A stretch of DNA of 40,052 nt, taken from IMG/VR virus record IMGVR_UViG_646206259_000001. The stretch is one strand, 5' to 3'. The stretch is from a virus (taxonomy: Duplodnaviria; Heunggongvirae; Uroviricota; Caudoviricetes). The notes beneath the pieces were generated by a model. The model did no database searches, was not told the DNA's origin, and saw only the letters and a list, made by a program, of their open reading frames with translations. The position numbers and the translations under genes are program-made. This document shows positions 1-11,414 of this stretch, in pieces. Position 1 is the first letter of the stretch. Each line of letters begins with the position of its first letter.

Positions 1-498
1 CATATTCTTTTCGGCGACATGCTCGGGATAACCATCGGCGATATAATCCAGACGATGATTATTGCCGGGCTGGTTACACTTGTTATTAGCGTAAAATGGC
101 GGGATTTTTTGCTGTTCAGCTTTGATTATCAACAGGCGCAGGTAAGCGGTTTGCATACGAGATGGCTGCATTATGGGCTGCTGTGCATGGTCTCTCTGAC
201 CATTGTGGCGACGCTGAAAGCGGTAGGTATCATTCTCTCCATTTCTCTGCTCATTGCGCCTGGCGCCATTGCGGTACTCCTGACACAACGCTTTCATATT
301 GCGCTCCTACTGGCGACTGGCATATCGGTAATAGTGTCAATGACTGGTGTCTGGTTGTCCTTTTTTATCGACAGCGCACCAGCTCCGACGATTGTCGTCT
401 TATTCGCGGTTTTGTTCATCATGACGTTTGCCGTTACCAGCATCAACGCACGCAAAAAGGGAAACTCCCATACACAGGATCTGTTATCACCCAATTAG
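1..498 (+). CDS. sitD: Metal (Mn/Fe) ABC transporter permease, C-terminal part; 5' end lies outside the window
   Basis: Frame open from base 1 to the stop at 496-498; polytopic hydrophobic protein with ABC-3 permease-like segments; SitD/MntB family resemblance from memory. Confidence 0.55.
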   Translation, partial: HILFGDMLGITIGDIIQTMIIAGLVTLVISVKWRDFLLFSFDYQQAQVSGLHTRWLHYGLLCMVSLTIVATLKAVGIILSISLLIAPGAIAVLLTQRFHIALLLATGISVIVSMTGVWLSFFIDSAPAPTIVVLFAVLFIMTFAVTSINARKKGNSHTQDLLSPN

Positions 499-589
499 CA
501 CAACATCCGAGGACAGCAACACCCGATACTTTTTCCTGGCTTCCAGCAACGGGGTTTCTTCCTCCGTTGCATATACAGCTCACCTTTTT

Positions 590-883
590 TCACCCACGAT
601 TAACCAACAGCCAGACCAGCAGACACGCCACCACCGGCACAGCAAAATCCATCAGGCTTGCCACATCCCAAGCTCGCGGATCAAAACCGCCCCACCACGG
701 CATATTCATTCGCTTGCCATGCCCGAACATTTCAATCCAGCGATATTCTGCCTGGGTATGTTCACGCGCAATGAAGAACGTACAACCGGCTATCGCTCCG
801 TAAGCCCAGTTTCCGGTAAAAAGACCAACCAGTATCTGCGCAGCCACAGCACAAAGCGCATGAAGTAAGGGGCTTATATCCAT
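590..883 (-). CDS. Hypothetical small membrane protein (97 aa)
   Basis: ORF with two hydrophobic segments; co-directional with and 13 nt downstream of the tail-fibre accessory ORF. Confidence 0.4.
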   Translation of the reverse strand: MDISPLLHALCAVAAQILVGLFTGNWAYGAIAGCTFFIAREHTQAEYRWIEMFGHGKRMNMPWWGGFDPRAWDVASLMDFAVPVVACLLVWLLVNRG

Positions 884-895
884 TATTTCCTCCTT

Positions 896-1174
896 TCAGC
901 TCCATTCCCGAAGCGGTGTTTCCAGCTCCACGACATAATCAGAGAATACAGAAACATCAAACAAGTCATCAAGAATGCGAATGTTGACAAAATAACCGTC
1001 ATTCCGGACACAGACAGGTTCTCCCTCTTCTGTTACCCCTGTTTCTGTGTAGGTGAAACCAATTTCATCGACTAACAGTTTATTCTGGAGGTCTTCATCC
1101 TCCTCCCAGTCAAGAGATGACAGGAAGGCCTTAAACTGCAGTTTGTCATGAAACTTCAAAGTTAAATCTTTCAT
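896..1174 (-). CDS. Hypothetical acidic protein (92 aa) coupled to the tail fibre gene; not Tfa-like
   Basis: Start overlaps the stf stop (ATGA, 1171-1174); acidic composition (DWEEDEDL...). Confidence 0.45.
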   Translation of the reverse strand: MKDLTLKFHDKLQFKAFLSSLDWEEDEDLQNKLLVDEIGFTYTETGVTEEGEPVCVRNDGYFVNIRILDDLFDVSVFSDYVVELETPLREWS

Positions 1175-3237
1175 ACGACCTCTTTTAATTGCCTGTCATT
1201 TAATTCTTTATGCCATATGCGGAAATTGCGAATATGGCCAAACAGATGTCGTTCTCCAGTATTCGTCTGCCCTCCAAATCGGATATTTTTATCAGCGGTC
1301 ACACCATTATATTCACAATAAACTTCATTAACCGCTTTACCATTTGTCACCACATGAAAGTGACCATCAGCTTTTGCAATACATCCAAATGTGGTTTTCT
1401 CTGCAAATACATCTGTCGCTGCGCTATTAACATACAAGCCTGAAGGGTTTGACAGACTCATATATAACTTACCACTACCTCTGTTGATTGCTGCAATTGC
1501 TGATTGCCCGGTATTGGCTGCTGCTATATCCCACACGCGGGGTGCGGCGTTTGGTGCAATATCCCAGTTTTTATGAATCTCAAGTAAAAAAGTAAATGGT
1601 AACTTATAAAGATTATTTCTGGTGGGGATACTAACCAAATCACTGGCTCTTGTCGTTGCGCTGCCTCCTGAAATAATAAATGATGATACACACGGCCCAT
1701 TCTCTACTTGTGGGGTGGCAAGATAAATATAGTCACCAGATACTGTTGCCCCACCCCGCTCAGGAGAATACTGTATCTGAGAGCCTATTTTTAACTCACC
1801 ATCAATTGCCTGAATCGTTGCCTCTGCAAAAATCCAGCCTGTGGTCTTATCCTTCCTGACTCGTGCCGTAATTCTGCCGGCAGCCCCACCTGTCATATTA
1901 ATTTCAAGCGTTTGCGTATCAATGTACGCATCGCCAAGAAAAGTTGTTGCACTACCATCATACTTATCAAACCGTATACGTAACCTTACCTGTCGTTCTG
2001 TTTTAAAACGGCATGAGGTTGTCACGTACTTGTTATCGCCTGAGACATCAACTGACTTTGTTGCAGCAATTGATGCCATATTAATAGCCGAAGTTTGCCC
2101 AACCAGAGAATCGTTGCAGACAAACTTTCCATAAGTAAAACCAAAACTATCTGTCCCGGTTTCGGGCACATCCATGTTTGATGACTTCCCCCAGCTGGCT
2201 GGACTTTCCGAATTGAGCATGTAGTTCGTTCTTTGTCCCTCAATAAGCAGGCCATCACACTCAAATCGCGGCTCATTAATTTCCGCCGTTTTCAGTTCGC
2301 CAGATTTGTTGATATATGTTGCCGTTGATGCGCGACTGAAATTAACCTGTTTATCACTGGCGACCTGAACCACATCGTCACCAATAGCTATTTTTTTATA
2401 GCCCGGAGAAAAACCCGCAATCATATCCAGTGAATCGTTAAACGGTATCCACACATCAGGCAGCGGCGGCACTATATTCGCATAGGGCTCTGCAGTCACT
2501 TCCGCTGCGACTTCTGCGCGGTCTGCCGCCTTTTCAGCCCGTGTCGCTGCCGACAGAGCCTCATCCTTTTTCTGCCCGGCCTTTGTTGCGTCTGCTGCGG
2601 CCTCCCGCGCTTTTGTGGTGGCGACTCCGGCATTTTCAGCGGCTGACTCTGCATTACGGCGGGAAGCCTCTTCACTGTCTGCGGAGGCTTCTTCTGACGC
2701 ACGGGCATTTGTCTCTGAACGTTCTGCCGCTGTTGCTGCGTTTTGTGCGGCTGTTTTTGAAGAAGCTGCCGCTTTCGCGCTGTTACCTGCATTCGTCTCT
2801 GATGTTTTCGCCGCATTCCTGGACGATGCCGCTGCTGTTTCTGATTTCTTTGCTGCCGCTGCGCTCTGAGAGGCGGCTTCAGCGTTGCGTGCCACCTCTT
2901 CCACCATCTTTTCAAAACGATACAGTGCCTCCGGACGAACATCATCTTCTGTTGCAGCGCCCAGAAAATCATTCAATGTCCCCGGCTTAGAATCCTCATA
3001 CACGGTGATGGCCCCGGCATGTGAAGGCGGAAAACCTTCAACCAGCAGGATAACGCTGTACTGGCCATACTCGACATCCATGCTGTAACGTCCGGCTTCA
3101 TCCGGATTTTCTGAGGCCACCGTGTTCACCACAACCGTGGTGCTGTTACGTTTTGCTTTGAGCTGAATGGTGCAGTTCTGTATCGGTTTTCCTGCACCGT
3201 CTTTCAGCACGCCTGAAATCTGTACTGCCATATTCAC
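1171..3237 (-). CDS. stf: Side tail fibre protein Stf with a non-lambda C-terminal region
   Basis: N-terminal ~260 aa match lambda Stf (MAVQISGVLKDGAGKPIQNCTIQLKAKRNST..., Ala/Ser-rich repeats); C-terminal ~400 aa differ from lambda. Confidence 0.85.
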   Translation of the reverse strand: MNMAVQISGVLKDGAGKPIQNCTIQLKAKRNSTTVVVNTVASENPDEAGRYSMDVEYGQYSVILLVEGFPPSHAGAITVYEDSKPGTLNDFLGAATEDDVRPEALYRFEKMVEEVARNAEAASQSAAAAKKSETAAASSRNAAKTSETNAGNSAKAAASSKTAAQNAATAAERSETNARASEEASADSEEASRRNAESAAENAGVATTKAREAAADATKAGQKKDEALSAATRAEKAADRAEVAAEVTAEPYANIVPPLPDVWIPFNDSLDMIAGFSPGYKKIAIGDDVVQVASDKQVNFSRASTATYINKSGELKTAEINEPRFECDGLLIEGQRTNYMLNSESPASWGKSSNMDVPETGTDSFGFTYGKFVCNDSLVGQTSAINMASIAATKSVDVSGDNKYVTTSCRFKTERQVRLRIRFDKYDGSATTFLGDAYIDTQTLEINMTGGAAGRITARVRKDKTTGWIFAEATIQAIDGELKIGSQIQYSPERGGATVSGDYIYLATPQVENGPCVSSFIISGGSATTRASDLVSIPTRNNLYKLPFTFLLEIHKNWDIAPNAAPRVWDIAAANTGQSAIAAINRGSGKLYMSLSNPSGLYVNSAATDVFAEKTTFGCIAKADGHFHVVTNGKAVNEVYCEYNGVTADKNIRFGGQTNTGERHLFGHIRNFRIWHKELNDRQLKEVV

Positions 3238-3289
3238 TCCACAAATAAAAAAGGCGCCATTTCTGGCGCCCGTATCTGGGTTATAAAAT

Positions 3290-6200
3290 TCAACTGATAC
3301 TGATACCGGCTGTAGATTTCTTCATCACAACAACAAGAAGGTCGCTGATACTGGTCGTTGGCGTCCAGTTATTAGCACCATATGAAGAAACATTGAAAGT
3401 CAGGGTGACATGGCCGTGTCCGGCAGGCATATCAATGACTGATGAAAATACCCTGCTGACATCCGTCGCGGGTTGCTGAAAGATTTCCTGTCCGTTCTTC
3501 AGTACCTGCAGCTTACAGGTTGAATACCAGTATGACTGTTGGTTGTTGCTGTTGAAGTTTTCATGCTTACCCCCACGAAACAGAACGGGGGGGACTACTA
3601 TCTGACGGTCAAAAGCCTGGTCATCGTACACAGTGACCGTTATTGTACCGCTGGCATAACTGCCATTTCTCGGAAAGGCTTTTCCCACCGTTTTGACAAT
3701 ATCACCTTCAATCTGGTTAGCTGACAGTTTTCCCAGAATCCGACAGTTCTGATTAATCGTGACGTTGTTGAGCGTCCCGGAGTTCGCGTTCACGTTACCG
3801 CTGATATCCGCATTTTTCGCAGAAAGTCGACCATCAGGTGTCAGTGAAAACGTTGGGGGATTGCCACCGCTGGTAATGGTGGGAGCCGTCAGATATTTCA
3901 GGAACACTTCGTTCATGAATATCTGATCGCCCTGCCCAACAAACATCGGCTTTGTGTTGCCATTCGCAGGATTAATCATCGCAATCCTGTCCGCCGCCAG
4001 CAGCACCTGACTCTGCATACCGTCAGGAGTATTCTCAACACCGGCACCAATACCCGCGATATAAAGGCGTCCGTCCTGCATCTGCTGCAGCTTCACAGCC
4101 CACATGCTGTTCAGGTTATTATTTGTATCAACCTGAACCTTCTGTATCTGCTGGATCGCTGCACTCTGGTCTTCCAGTTTCTTATTGACGGTCTGCGTGA
4201 TTTCATTGCTGACACCCGTAATGGACGTCCTGATTTCAGCCAGGTCAGGCGCAAGCTGACCGTTATCAATCTGCGTCCACAACTCCTGAGCCAGATGGGT
4301 TTTCCCTATCTCTCCTTTGAAAAAATCCAGATAGCCGGATGCATCATCACTCGGCTGGCCAACAGCCTCCACAAATGCCGATTTGCCAACGGTGTTCACA
4401 CTGCGGATGTAAAAATAATAATCATGGCCCGGTTTGATATTGATACTGGCGGCTATCCAGTACAGCGCCGTGCCAAGATAGCGTGCTGTGGTTTCAACCT
4501 GCCTGATATCCGCAATCCGCTTTTCCGAGAACCAGAACTCAAACTGTACCGTCGGATCATAAACCGCAAGATGCGGCGTGGCGGTTATCTGAAAATACCC
4601 CGGTGTCAGCTCAATCTGCGACGGCGCTGCCGGTGCGGCAATCCGGAACGATACCGATNNNNNNNNNNNNNNNNNNNNNNNNNNNNNNNNNNNNNNNNNN
4701 NNNNNNNNNNNNNNNNNNNNNNNNNNNNNNNNNNNNNNNNNNNNNNNNNNNNNNNNNNNNNNNNNNNNNNNNNNNNNNNNNNNNNNNNNNNNNNNNNNNN
4801 NNNNNNNNNNNNNNNNNNNNNNNNNNNNNNNNNNNNNNNNNNNNNNNNNNNNNNNNNNNNNNNNNNNNNNNNNNNNNNNNNNNNNNNNNNNNNNNNNNNN
4901 NNNNNNNNNNNNNNNNNNNNNNNNNNNNNNNNNNNNNNNNNNNNNNNNNNNNNNNNNNNNNNNNNNNNNNNNNNNNNNNNNNNNNNNNNNNNNNNNNNNN
5001 NNNNNNNNNNNNNNNNNNNNNNNNNNNNNNNNNNNNNNNNNNNNNNNNNNNNNNNNNNNNNNNNNNNNNNNNNNNNNNNNNNNNNNNNNNNNNNNNNNNN
5101 NNNNNNNNNNNNNNNNNNNNNNNNNNNNNNNNNNNNNNNNNNNNNNNNNNNNNNNNNNNNNNNNNNNNNNNNNNNNNNNNNNNNNNNNNNNNNNNNNNNN
5201 NNNNNNNNNNNNNNNNNNNNNNNNNNNNNNNNNNNNNNNNNNNNNNNNNNNNNNNNNNNNNNNNNNNNNNNNNNNNNNNNNNNNNNNNNNNNNNNNNNNN
5301 NNNNNNNNNNNNNNNNNNNNNNNNNNNNNNNNNNNNNNNNNNNNNNNNNNNNNNNNNNNNNNNNNNNNNNNNNNNNNNNNNNNNNNNNNNNNNNNNNNNN
5401 NNNNNNNNNNNNNNNNNNNNNNNNNNNNNNNNNNNNNNNNNNNNNNNNNNNNNNNNNNNNNNNNNNNNNNNNNNNNNNNNNNNNNNNNNNNNNNNNNNNN
5501 NNNNNNNNNNNNNNNNNNNNNNNNNNNNNNNNNNNNNNNNNNNNNNNNNNNNNNNNNNNNNNNNNNNNNNNNNNNNNNNNNNNNNNNNNNNNNNNNNNNN
5601 NNNNNNNNNNNNNNNNNNNNNNNNNNNNNNNNNNNNNNNNNNNNNNNNNNNNNNNNNNNNNNNNNNNNNNNNNNNNNNNNNNNNNNNNNNNNNNNNNNNN
5701 NNNNNNNNNNNNNNNNNNNNNNNNNNNNNNNNNNNNNNNNNNNNNNNNNNNNNNNNNNNNNNNNNNNNNNNNNNNNNNNNNNNNNNNNNNNNNNNNNNNN
5801 NNNNNNNNNNNNNNNNNNNNNNNNNNNNNNNNNNNNNNNNNNNNNNNNNNNNNNNNNNNNNNNNNNNNNNNNNNNNNNNNNNNNACTGGTCTGTGGTGCT
5901 GTCCGGCGTCATCCTGCGCATCCGGATATTAAACGGGCGCGGCGGCAGGTTATCCACCACCACCGAGGCCAGATACTGCGAGGTGGTTTTGCCTTTAATG
6001 GTGATGTCTTTTTCCGTCACCCAGCCACCGTTACGCTGTATCTGAACCAGCAGGCGGACTTCCGACGGATTCCGGTCCCCCTTTGAGGTGGTTTCCACCA
6101 GTGCCTGCACACCGAAGGTAAAGCGCAGACGGTCGATGTTTGCAGACGTGATGGTCCGGGTAATCGGCGTGTCGTACTTCACTTCCGTACCCAGCACCGT

Positions 6201-6461
6201 CTCGGAGCCGGAGGATTCAAATCCCTCCGGCGGTGTCTGCTCCTGCTCACCTGCCCGGAACACCACCGTGACACCGGAAATGTTGGTATTCCCCTCACTG
6301 TCCAGCACCGGCGTACTGTTCAGCAGCACGCTTTTTAATCCATCCACCGGACCTTCAACCGGCCCTTCGCTGATGGCATCGATCACACTCAGCAACTGCG
6401 TGGACTTCAGGTTGTCCTTCGCTTCGCGCGGGGTATGCCCCTTACTGCTTCCTTTACTCAT
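3290..6461 (-). CDS. J: Tail tip/host specificity protein J; interrupted by N-run 4659-5884, the two halves are in different frames
   Basis: N-terminal [24 protein letters not shown]... and C-terminal ...[21 protein letters not shown]...GISIS both match lambda J; J frame traced by hand open from 3290 to 4658. Confidence 0.9.
4659..5884. other. N-run (unresolved sequence) inside J
   Basis: 1226 consecutive n. Confidence 1.
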
Positions 6462-6521
6462 TCCTCACGCTCCATAAATGACAAAACCGCCCGCAGGCGG
6501 TTTCACATAAAACATTTTGCA

Positions 6522-7023
6522 TCAGCGACCAATCACCACAACCTGACCACCGTCCCCTTCGTCTGCCGTGCTGATCTCCTGAGAAACCACGCGTGACCCC
6601 ACGCGCATTTCCCCGTACAGAACAGGCAGAACATTGCCCTGGGCAACCATGTTATCCAGTGAGGAGAAATAGGTGTTCTGCTTACCGTTATCCGTTGTCT
6701 GTGTACGGGGAGTTCTGGCTTTCGGTGCCAGCATCTGCGCCACACCACCGAGGACCATACTGGCACCGAGAGAAAACAGGATGCCGGTCATACCACCGGC
6801 CCCAATGGCTGCCCCCCATGCTGCAAGGGTGGCTCCGGCGGTAAAGAATGATCCGGCAATGGCGGCAGCCCCCAGGACAATCTGGAATACGCCACCTGAC
6901 TTGGCCCCGGCGACTCTGGGAACAATATGAATCACAGCGCCATCAGGCAGAGTCTCATGTAACTGCGCCGTTAACCCGGACGTGCTGACGTCCCGCCCGG
7001 CAATCCGTACCTGATACCAGCCG
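6522..7023 (-). CDS. I: Tail assembly protein I, C-terminal part (N-terminus in N-run)
   Basis: ...IAGSFFTAGATLAAWGAAIGAGGMTGILFSLGASMVLGGVAQMLAPKARTP...GGQVVVIGR matches lambda gpI C-terminus. Confidence 0.85.
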
Positions 7024-7959
7024 NNNNNNNNNNNNNNNNNNNNNNNNNNNNNNNNNNNNNNNNNNNNNNNNNNNNNNNNNNNNNNNNNNNNNNNNNNNNN
7101 NNNNNNNNNNNNNNNNNNNNNNNNNNNNNNNNNNNNNNNNNNNNNNNNNNNNNNNNNNNNNNNNNNNNNNNNNNNNNNNNNNNNNNNNNNNNNNNNNNNN
7201 NNNNNNNNNNNNNNNNNNNNNNNNNNNNNNNNNNNNNNNNNNNNNNNNNNNNNNNNNNNNNNNNNNNNNNNNNNNNNNNNNNNNNNNNNNNNNNNNNNNN
7301 NNNNNNNNNNNNNNNNNNNNNNNNNNNNNNNNNNNNNNNNNNNNNNNNNNNNNNNNNNNNNNNNNNNNNNNNNNNNNNNNNNNNNNNNNNNNNNNNNNNN
7401 NNNNNNNNNNNNNNNNNNNNNNNNNNNNNNNNNNNNNNNNNNNNNNNNNNNNNNNNNNNNNNNNNNNNNNNNNNNNNNNNNNNNNNNNNNNNNNNNNNNN
7501 NNNNNNNNNNNNNNNNNNNNNNNNNNNNNNNNNNNNNNNNNNNNNNNNNNNNNNNNNNNNNNNNNNNNNNNNNNNNNNNNNNNNNNNNNNNNNNNNNNNN
7601 NNNNNNNNNNNNNNNNNNNNNNNNNNNNNNNNNNNNNNNNNNNNNNNNNNNNNNNNNNNNNNNNNNNNNNNNNNNNNNNNNNNNNNNNNNNNNNNNNNNN
7701 NNNNNNNNNNNNNNNNNNNNNNNNNNNNNNNNNNNNNNNNNNNNNNNNNNNNNNNNNNNNNNNNNNNNNNNNNNNNNNNNNNNNNNNNNNNNNNNNNNNN
7801 NNNNNNNNNNNNNNNNNNNNNNNNNNNNNNNNNNNNNNNNNNNNNNNNNNNNNNNNNNNNNNNNNNNNNNNNNNNNNNNNNNNNNNNNNNNNNNNNNNNN
7901 NNNNNNNNNNNNNNNNNNNNNNNNNNNNNNNNNNNNNNNNNNNNNNNNNNNNNNNNNNN
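7024..7959. other. N-run where H C-terminus, M, L, K and I N-terminus are expected
   Basis: 936 consecutive n; shorter than the ~2.1 kb the missing genes need. Confidence 1.
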
Positions 7960-10568
7960 GTGAAGACAAATTCACCACGGTGAACAATCCCCGCTGGCTC
8001 ATATTTGCCGCCGGTTCCCGTAAATCCCCCGGTCGCAAAACGGAATTTCGCCGCAGCGGCCTGAATGGCTGTACCGCCTGACGCGGATGCTCCACCACTG
8101 GCAGCACCGCCAATGGCGCTGCCGATACTCCCGACAATCCCCACCATTGCCTGCTTAAGCAGAATTTCTGTCATCATGGACAGCACGGAACGGGTGAAGC
8201 TGCGCCAGTTCTGCTCACTGCCGGTCAGCATCGCCGCCATATTCTGTGCAATACCATCAAAGGTCTGCGTGGCTGCACTTTTAACCTGCGACATACTGTC
8301 CGTGGCGCTCTCTTCCCACTCACTCCAGCCGGACTTCAGGCCTGCCATCCAGCTCCCGCGAAGCTGGTCTTCAGCCGCCCAGGTCTTTTTCTGCTCTGAC
8401 ATGACGTTATTCAGCGCCAGCGGATTATCGCCATACTGTTCCTTCAGGCGCTGTTCCGTGGCTTCCCGTTCTGCCTGCCGGTCAGTCAGCCCCCGGCTTT
8501 TCGCATCAATGGCGGCCCGTTTTGCCCGTTGCTGCTGTGCGAATTTATCCGCCTGCTGCGCCAGCGCGTTCAGGCGCTCCTGATACGTAACCTTGTCGCC
8601 AAGTGCAGCCAGCTGGCGTTTGTACTCCAGCGTCTCATCTTTATGCGCCAGCAGGGATTTCTCCTGTGCAGACAGCTGGCGACGTTGCGCCGCCTCCTCC
8701 AGTACCGCGAACTGACTCTCCGCCTTCCACAAATCCCGGCGCTGCTGGCTGATTTTCTCATTCGCTCCGGCATGCTTCTCCAGCGTCCGGAGTTCTGCCT
8801 GAAGCGTCAGCAGGGCGGCATGAGCACTGTCTTCCTGACGATCGCCCGCAGACACCTTCACGCCGGACTGTTTCGGCTTTTTCAGCGTCGCTTCATAATC
8901 CTTTTTCGCCGCCGCCATCAGCGTGTTGTAATCCGCCTGCAGGATTTTCCCGTCTTTCAGTGCCTTGTTCAGTTCTTCCTGACGGGCGGTATATTTCTCC
9001 AGCGGCGTCTGCAGCCGTTCGTAAGCCTTCTGCGCCTCTTCGGTATATTTCAGCCGTGACGCTTCGGTATCGCTCTGCTGCTGCGCATTTTTGTCCTGTT
9101 GAGTCTGCTGCTCAGCCTTCTTTCGGGCGGCTTCAAGCGCAAGACGGGCCTTTTCACGATCATCCCAGTAACGCGCCCGCGCTTCATCGTTAACAAAATA
9201 ATCATCCTTGCGCAGATTCCAGATGTCGTCTGCTTTCTTAAACGCAGCCTCTGCCTTAATCAGCATCTCCTGCGCGGTATCAGGACGACCAATATCCAGC
9301 ACCGCATCCCACATGGATTTGAATGCCCGCGCTGTCCTGTCTGCCCAGGTCTCCAGCGTGCCCATGTTCTCTTTCAGGCGGCGGGTCTGGTCATCAAACC
9401 CTTTCGTTGCGGCTTCGTTCGCCGCCTGCAATGCCCCGGCTTCATCGCCGGAACGCTGCAACTGAGCAACATACGCAATCTGCTCCGCCGTCACGTTATG
9501 GAACTGGCGCGCCATCGCCGTCAGCCCCGACGTCGGGTCAGTGGTCAGCTTCCCGAAGGCTTCAGCGACCTTGTCCACCTCCACGCCGGATGCAGAGGAG
9601 AAACGCGCCACACTCTGGCTGATGGACGCAATCTGAGCCTCACCGCTTACCCCCGCCTTAACCAGTGCACTGAGTGACTCGCTGGTCTGGTTAAACGTCA
9701 GCCCTGCCGCCTGCCCGGCTCTGGACAGGACCAGCATACGATCTGCCGTCAGACCTGACTGATGACCGGAAAGGACCAGCGTTTTGTTGAAATCGGACAG
9801 GGTTGAGTTACCCTGATACCAGGCATACGCCAGCGCACCGGTCNNNNNNNNNNNNNNNNNNNNNNNNNNNNNNNNNNNNNNNNNNNNNNNNNNNNNNNNN
9901 NNNNNNNNNNNNNNNNNNNNNNNNNNNNNNNNNNNNNNNNNNNNNNNNNNNNNNNNNNNNNNNNNNNNNNNNNNNNNNNNNNNNNNNNNNNNNNNNNNNN
10001 NNNNNNNNNNNNNNNNNNNNNNNNNNNNNNNNNNNNNNNNNNNNNNNNNNNNNNNNNNNNNNNNNNNNNNNNNNNNNNNNNNNNNNNNNNNNNNNNNNNN
10101 NNNNNNNNNNNNNNNNNNNNNNNNNNNNNNNNNNNNNNNNNNNNNNNNNNNNNNNNNNNNNNNNNNNNNNNNNNNNNNNNNNNNNNNNNNNNNNNNNNNN
10201 NNNNNNNNNNNNNNNNNNNNNNNNNNNNNNNNNNNNNNNNNNNNNNNNNNNNNNNNNNNNNNNNNNNNNNNNNNNNNNNNNNNNNNNNNNNNNNNNNNNN
10301 NNNNNNNNNNNNNNNNNNNNNNNNNNNNNNNNNNNNNNNNNNNNNNNNNNNNNNNNNNNNNNNNNNNNNNNNNNNNNNNNNNNNNNNNNNNNNNNNNNNN
10401 NNNNNNNNNNNNNNNNNNCCGGTTCATTGACTGTTCAACGACTGCCGCTGTTTTTTTCGCATCACTTTCCGTACCGGAAAAATGACGCCTGACTCTGGCC
10501 ATCTGCTCGTCAAATCTGGCTGCATCCAGACTTAAATCAACGACCAGATCGCCTACCGGTTCAGCCAT
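7960..10568 (-). CDS. H: Tail tape measure protein H (C-terminus in N-run 7024-7959; internal N-run 9844-10418)
   Basis: MAEPVGDLVVDLSLDAARFDEQMARVRRHF... at the N-terminus and long coiled-coil region ending ...GGKYEPAGIVHRGEFVF match lambda gpH. Confidence 0.9.
9844..10418. other. N-run inside H
   Basis: 575 consecutive n. Confidence 1.
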
Positions 10569-10995
10569 ACCGGACTCCTCCTGCGATCCCTTCTGATACT
10601 GTCATCAGCATTACGTCATCCTCCGTCATGTCCGCTACATCCGGGGAAGCGGGGATAACTTCATTCCCGTCCGGGCCAAAGCGGACGCCTCCGGCAAGCC
10701 CTGCCGCTTTCTGCATCAGCACATCATCTTCAGGCTCTTCGTCAGCCTCGCGCCGGTTCAGCAGACTGAAATCCAGCGGATGCATATCCGGATCGCTGAA
10801 AAACAGGCTGAGTACGGTGTACGTCAGCCCGGAAAAGTGCATATCCAGCAGGACATCATGAAAATAATGGGTACTGTAAAAGCGGTGCCAGTCGGCATAC
10901 TCCGTGGATGACATCCCGGCAAGCATGGCGCGCCAGTCGGGTCGCCCCATCTCACGCGCCAGTTTCAGGGCAAAACTCAGCTCACCGTCGAACAC
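10561..10995 (-). CDS. T: Tail assembly chaperone T frame, expressed as a G-T fusion by -1 frameshift
   Basis: ORF in -1 frame relative to G, overlapping the G 3' end and ending 5 nt before the H start; lambda G/T arrangement. Confidence 0.8.
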   Translation of the reverse strand: MFDGELSFALKLAREMGRPDWRAMLAGMSSTEYADWHRFYSTHYFHDVLLDMHFSGLTYTVLSLFFSDPDMHPLDFSLLNRREADEEPEDDVLMQKAAGLAGGVRFGPDGNEVIPASPDVADMTEDDVMLMTVSEGIAGGVRYG

Positions 10996-11399
10996 TTTCC
11001 CGCAGAAACAGGCTCTGCAGGCCCGGCGTCATCTGCCTGTTCAGGGGCATTATTCACCACAAACTCAGACATTCCGGACAGACGTAACACCACGTTTTCA
11101 GCCTGAGCAATTGCCTCCGTGGGCCAGGTGGTAAGCACTTCCTGCTCAATCTGTTTAATGGCTTCATTCATGGACGGCAGCTTTGTCTTCTGCGGATGGT
11201 TATGCCACAGAGACATCGCCACCAGAAACGCCCCGCCTCTGATAAGATCCTCTACAGACACCTGCAGGTTGCCACTGGATTCAGCCTTTTTTTCCTGCTC
11301 TTTCAACCAGGCAAGATGCTCAATACGCTGCAGGGCTGACAGTTCAGAAAGCGTGACGGTCACGCCGTTATGTTCAAATGATTCGGTTTTCAGGAACAT
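10977..11399 (-). CDS. G: Tail assembly chaperone G
   Basis: MFLKTESFEHNGVTVTLSELSALQRIEHLA... matches lambda gpG. Confidence 0.9.
   Translation of the reverse strand: MFLKTESFEHNGVTVTLSELSALQRIEHLAWLKEQEKKAESSGNLQVSVEDLIRGGAFLVAMSLWHNHPQKTKLPSMNEAIKQIEQEVLTTWPTEAIAQAENVVLRLSGMSEFVVNNAPEQADDAGPAEPVSAGKCSTVS
10995..11001 (-). promoter_or_regulatory. Programmed -1 ribosomal frameshift slippery heptamer GGGAAAG (G to G-T)
   Basis: Plus strand CTTTCCC = minus strand GGGAAAG, encoding the G-K of the G C-terminus ...SAGKCSTVS; same heptamer as in lambda. Confidence 0.8.
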
Positions 11400-11414
11400 C
11401 GCTGACTCTCCGGA

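Noticed and set aside
2496-2990. Overlapping ORFs (158 aa minus, 149 aa plus, 84 aa plus) inside stf
   Set aside because: Shadow ORFs within the Ala/Ser-rich repeat region of the tail fibre gene; low-complexity, Arg/Gln- or Ala-rich translations, no start context.
1840-3237. Possible CRISPR array or tandem repeat in the stf repeat region
   Set aside because: The periodicity is a coding Ala/Ser/Glu-rich protein repeat in an open reading frame, not a direct-repeat/spacer array; no CRISPR-like repeats seen anywhere in the window.
8065-9677. Plus-strand ORFs (172, 176, 192, 99 aa) antisense to H
   Set aside because: Antisense ORFs in the GC-rich tape-measure gene; Arg/Leu-rich nonsense composition; H itself is firmly identified.
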